A DNA stretch of 64,000 nucleotides from Cyanophyceae cyanobacterium (GTDB taxonomy: Bacteria; Cyanobacteriota; Cyanobacteriia; Cyanobacteriales; Laspinemataceae), in assembly GCA_038321985.1 (NCBI GenBank), contig JBBQFN010000016.1, positions 32,001 to 96,000 of the forward strand, read 5' to 3'. The position numbers were made by a program, and so were the translations under genes. Under the pieces are notes generated by a model, which saw only the letters and a program-made list of their open reading frames with translations, was not told where the DNA came from and did no database searches. Positions 61,989 through 64,000 of this stretch are shown here, piece by piece. The stretch's first letter is position 1, and each line of letters begins with the position of its first letter.

Positions 61989-62145
61989 CTTTCGACGGGA
62001 GGGGACAAAACCAAAAAAAATCCTAGAAAGTTTCTCTTTTGAGGAGCAATTTTCCCGAGTAACACTTTACGCCTGTCCCCCAATCGTGTCATAATTTAAA
62101 CAGAAATAAAATCTGTCCATTTTTCCTTAAAATTGAGGTTACCCT

Positions 62146-62553
62146 ATGATATCACCTTGGCCCAGTTTAGTCACTGTTTCAGCCTTAATTGTTTATTTTG
62201 TCGTTACCATTAATGTGGGTCGAGCCAGATTTAAATACAAAATTCTGCCCCCCGCTATGTCAGGAAATCCTGATTTTGAAAGAGTCGTTCGAGTCCATGA
62301 AAACACCTTAGAACAACTCATTTTGTTCTTGCCGGCTTTATGGATTTTTTCTGAATTTGTAAGTCCAGTTTGGGCTGGAGTGCTGGGGGGTGTTTGGGTA
62401 ATCGGGCGAATTGTTTACGCTTGGGGATATTACCAAGCTGCCGAAAAACGAGGAATTGGCTTTGCAATTAGTTCATTGACGAGCATGATTTTACTCATTG
62501 GTTCCCTCGTTGGAATCATTTTGAATGTGGTTAACTCCGGCATTTTAAGTTAA
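62146..62553 (+). CDS. MAPEG family protein
   Basis: VGRAR.KY.I.PP...G.P.FER..RVH.NTLE and GRIVYAWGY. Confidence 0.92.
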   Translation: MISPWPSLVTVSALIVYFVVTINVGRARFKYKILPPAMSGNPDFERVVRVHENTLEQLILFLPALWIFSEFVSPVWAGVLGGVWVIGRIVYAWGYYQAAEKRGIGFAISSLTSMILLIGSLVGIILNVVNSGILS

Positions 62554-62723
62554 ACCTGATCTGCAAGATACCGAAACTTCGATAGAAGTAAAAAGGGGTG
62601 AGCTATTCATCCCTACTTTGCCCAAGTTCAGATAGAGCGAGGGTCTTTATCTACTACTTTACCCCTCGCCCTTCTGATTTTTATTATGATTAGCATTTTT
62701 ATAAAACCTTTTTCAAAAATGGT

Positions 62724-63653
62724 ATGATAAATCACTGCTGCGTTTGCAACACGGAATACTTAGACAAAAAAATTCTACGTTGCTCTAAGTGTGGATGGGA
62801 TTTGACACCAGTTCCGGGAAGTCAATCAAGTAAACTTAGAAAAGCGTTTTTAGAAAAACAACAAATCCAGATAAACTGGGCGATAAAAATGTGGGTACGC
62901 TACGAAATGCAACAAGAGGAGTTAAATCATCAGCAACCATCCAGATGCTCTAGCAATTCCCCAGAAACCTTACCCCTAGAGAATCAGTTTGATGAACAGT
63001 TTAATCAAGTGAATGCCCAGTTGCAACAAGCGCGAGAAGAACGAGCTTATCTTCAATCTCAATTAGAATGGATTTCTACTTATTTACAGAGGGTGAATTA
63101 TGAGCAAATTGAAACCCTTTTAGGTCAAGTCTCCCACTGGATGCAGGGAAGTTCCATCATGCCAACGGAGGAAAAAAATCCTGAACCCTTTTATCCCACT
63201 TCTGAGGTGGGAATTGATTACAGTCGGTTAATGAACTTACTCTCCAAAGGTAAATGGAAAAAAGCCGATGAAGAAACTTGGGCGATCGCCCTCAAAGCAG
63301 CCGTTCGAGAGGAGGAAGGATGGTTAAGATTAGAAGACTTAGAAAAGTTTCCAAAAACAGATTTAGTGAGCCTAGATTGGTTATGGGAACACTATAGTTA
63401 TGGTCAGTTTGGATTGAGGGTACAGCAGCAAATTTGGGAAGCTGTCCAAGGAGATTACACCGAATTTTGCGATCGCGTCCGATGGAGAGTTCAGGAAAAC
63501 TGGATTTACTATGATGAACTTGACTTTTCATTAGAGGCTGTAGCCGGTCATTTGCCTGCGATCGCATGGCGTAAACGCTCTTGCTATGGGGTAGGGAAAT
63601 TTACGGCTCAAGAAGCCTTAAATACATTATTTGCTTCCTTGGAAAATCTTTAA
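62724..63653 (+). CDS. GUN4-domain protein with N-terminal Cys ribbon and coiled coil
   Basis: CxxC...CxxC, a coiled coil, then SEVGIDYSRL..LL..GKWKKADEET...DWLW..YS.GQFG..VQ..IW...GHLP. Confidence 0.85.
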   Translation: MINHCCVCNTEYLDKKILRCSKCGWDLTPVPGSQSSKLRKAFLEKQQIQINWAIKMWVRYEMQQEELNHQQPSRCSSNSPETLPLENQFDEQFNQVNAQLQQAREERAYLQSQLEWISTYLQRVNYEQIETLLGQVSHWMQGSSIMPTEEKNPEPFYPTSEVGIDYSRLMNLLSKGKWKKADEETWAIALKAAVREEEGWLRLEDLEKFPKTDLVSLDWLWEHYSYGQFGLRVQQQIWEAVQGDYTEFCDRVRWRVQENWIYYDELDFSLEAVAGHLPAIAWRKRSCYGVGKFTAQEALNTLFASLENL

Positions 63654-63698
63654 TCATTATCCTTACTTTATAGGGAGGGGAAAGTAAGAATAATGATT
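63652..63698. terminator. AT-rich inverted repeat between convergent genes
   Basis: AATCATTAT..TTACTTT...AAAGTAA..ATAATGATT. Confidence 0.5.
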
Positions 63699-63710
63699 AT
63701 TTACTGATGA

Positions 63711-64000
63711 TTAAGAATTCCCTTCAACATCTCCAATATTAAAAAGGAAGGGAACCCGGGGAGCATCTTTCCCTAACACCAAAACCTTGGGCATTTGAGC
63801 ACCTCCTTCGCGCCACGCTTGGATTGCTTCTTTCTGCAGCACTAACTCACCCCCTTGAGCTTTTAATGTTTCTGCTAACAGCCTTTGTGCCTCTGATCTA
63901 CCTTGAGCGCGATTAATATCAGCTTGGGCTTCTTGTTCTGCTTCCCGGGCAATATAAACGGCTCTTTGTGCCCGTTGTTCAGCAATTTGTTTCTCTTCAA
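63711..64000 (-). CDS. prohibitin/SPFH family protein, 3' part only (runs off the window)
   Basis: Manual translation EEKQIAEQRAQRAVYIAREAEQEAQADINRAQGRSEAQRLLAETLKAQGGELVLQKEAIQAWREGGAQMPKVLV...PFLFN...*. Not in the supplied ORF track. Confidence 0.88.
   Translation of the reverse strand, partial: EEKQIAEQRAQRAVYIAREAEQEAQADINRAQGRSEAQRLLAETLKAQGGELVLQKEAIQAWREGGAQMPKVLVLGKDAPRVPFLFNIGDVEGNS

Larger units (their letters stand above)
593..63500. repeat. HIP1 octamer GCGATCGC, dispersed (absent about 29.2-38.0 kb)
   Basis: Dozens of copies are visible in coding and intergenic DNA. HIP1 is an established cyanobacterial signature. Confidence 0.95.

Noticed and set aside
63756..63776. GGGAGCATCTTTCCC as a REP copy
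   Set aside because: It lies in the prohibitin coding sequence (KDAPR) and is likely coincidental.
1..64000. The many 60-150-aa antisense or alternative-frame ORFs in the track; tRNA, rRNA and transposase genes
   Set aside because: The short ORFs overlap well-supported genes and show no motifs. No structural RNA or transposase signature was recognised by eye.

Overview
This is a chromosomal window from a filamentous cyanobacterium. HIP1 (GCGATCGC) is very frequent and gap2, glpX, a CYP38-like cyclophilin and a GUN4-domain gene are present; an Oscillatoriales-type host is my inference. Most of it is housekeeping: malQ, an NfeD-flotillin operon, proS, accB-efp, thiL, gap2, nadD, murC-murB, ybaB, modAB, frmA-fghA, pgi, hemA, glpX, clpS and sbcDC. 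The exception is an AT-rich, HIP1-free island at about 30.9-37.9 kb. It is bounded by decayed plasmid-type genes (a recD2 C-terminal relic and a Cys-rich relic) and carries an orphan ParB with a perfect 22-bp palindrome inside its own gene. It also carries a tight five-gene operon: (1) a Bell-like helical protein ending in a G/N/Q-rich motif, (2) a small protein with a matching copy of that motif, (3) a HEAT/ARM-like protein, (4) a divergent SPFH/band-7-like protein, and (5) a membrane-anchored TPR-LysM protein. This looks like an amyloid-signalling cell-death/defence system without the usual NLR NTPase, apparently wired to a membrane/peptidoglycan module. Other oddities: a NACHT-type HEAT protein that seems to lack the NACHT domain, a flotillin with an extra C-terminal domain, a truncated XRE gene after modB with no modC, and GTAG-headed REP-like arrays. 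All family calls come from motif recognition and recall; no database search was run. No rRNA, tRNA, CRISPR array or intact transposase/integrase was recognised.
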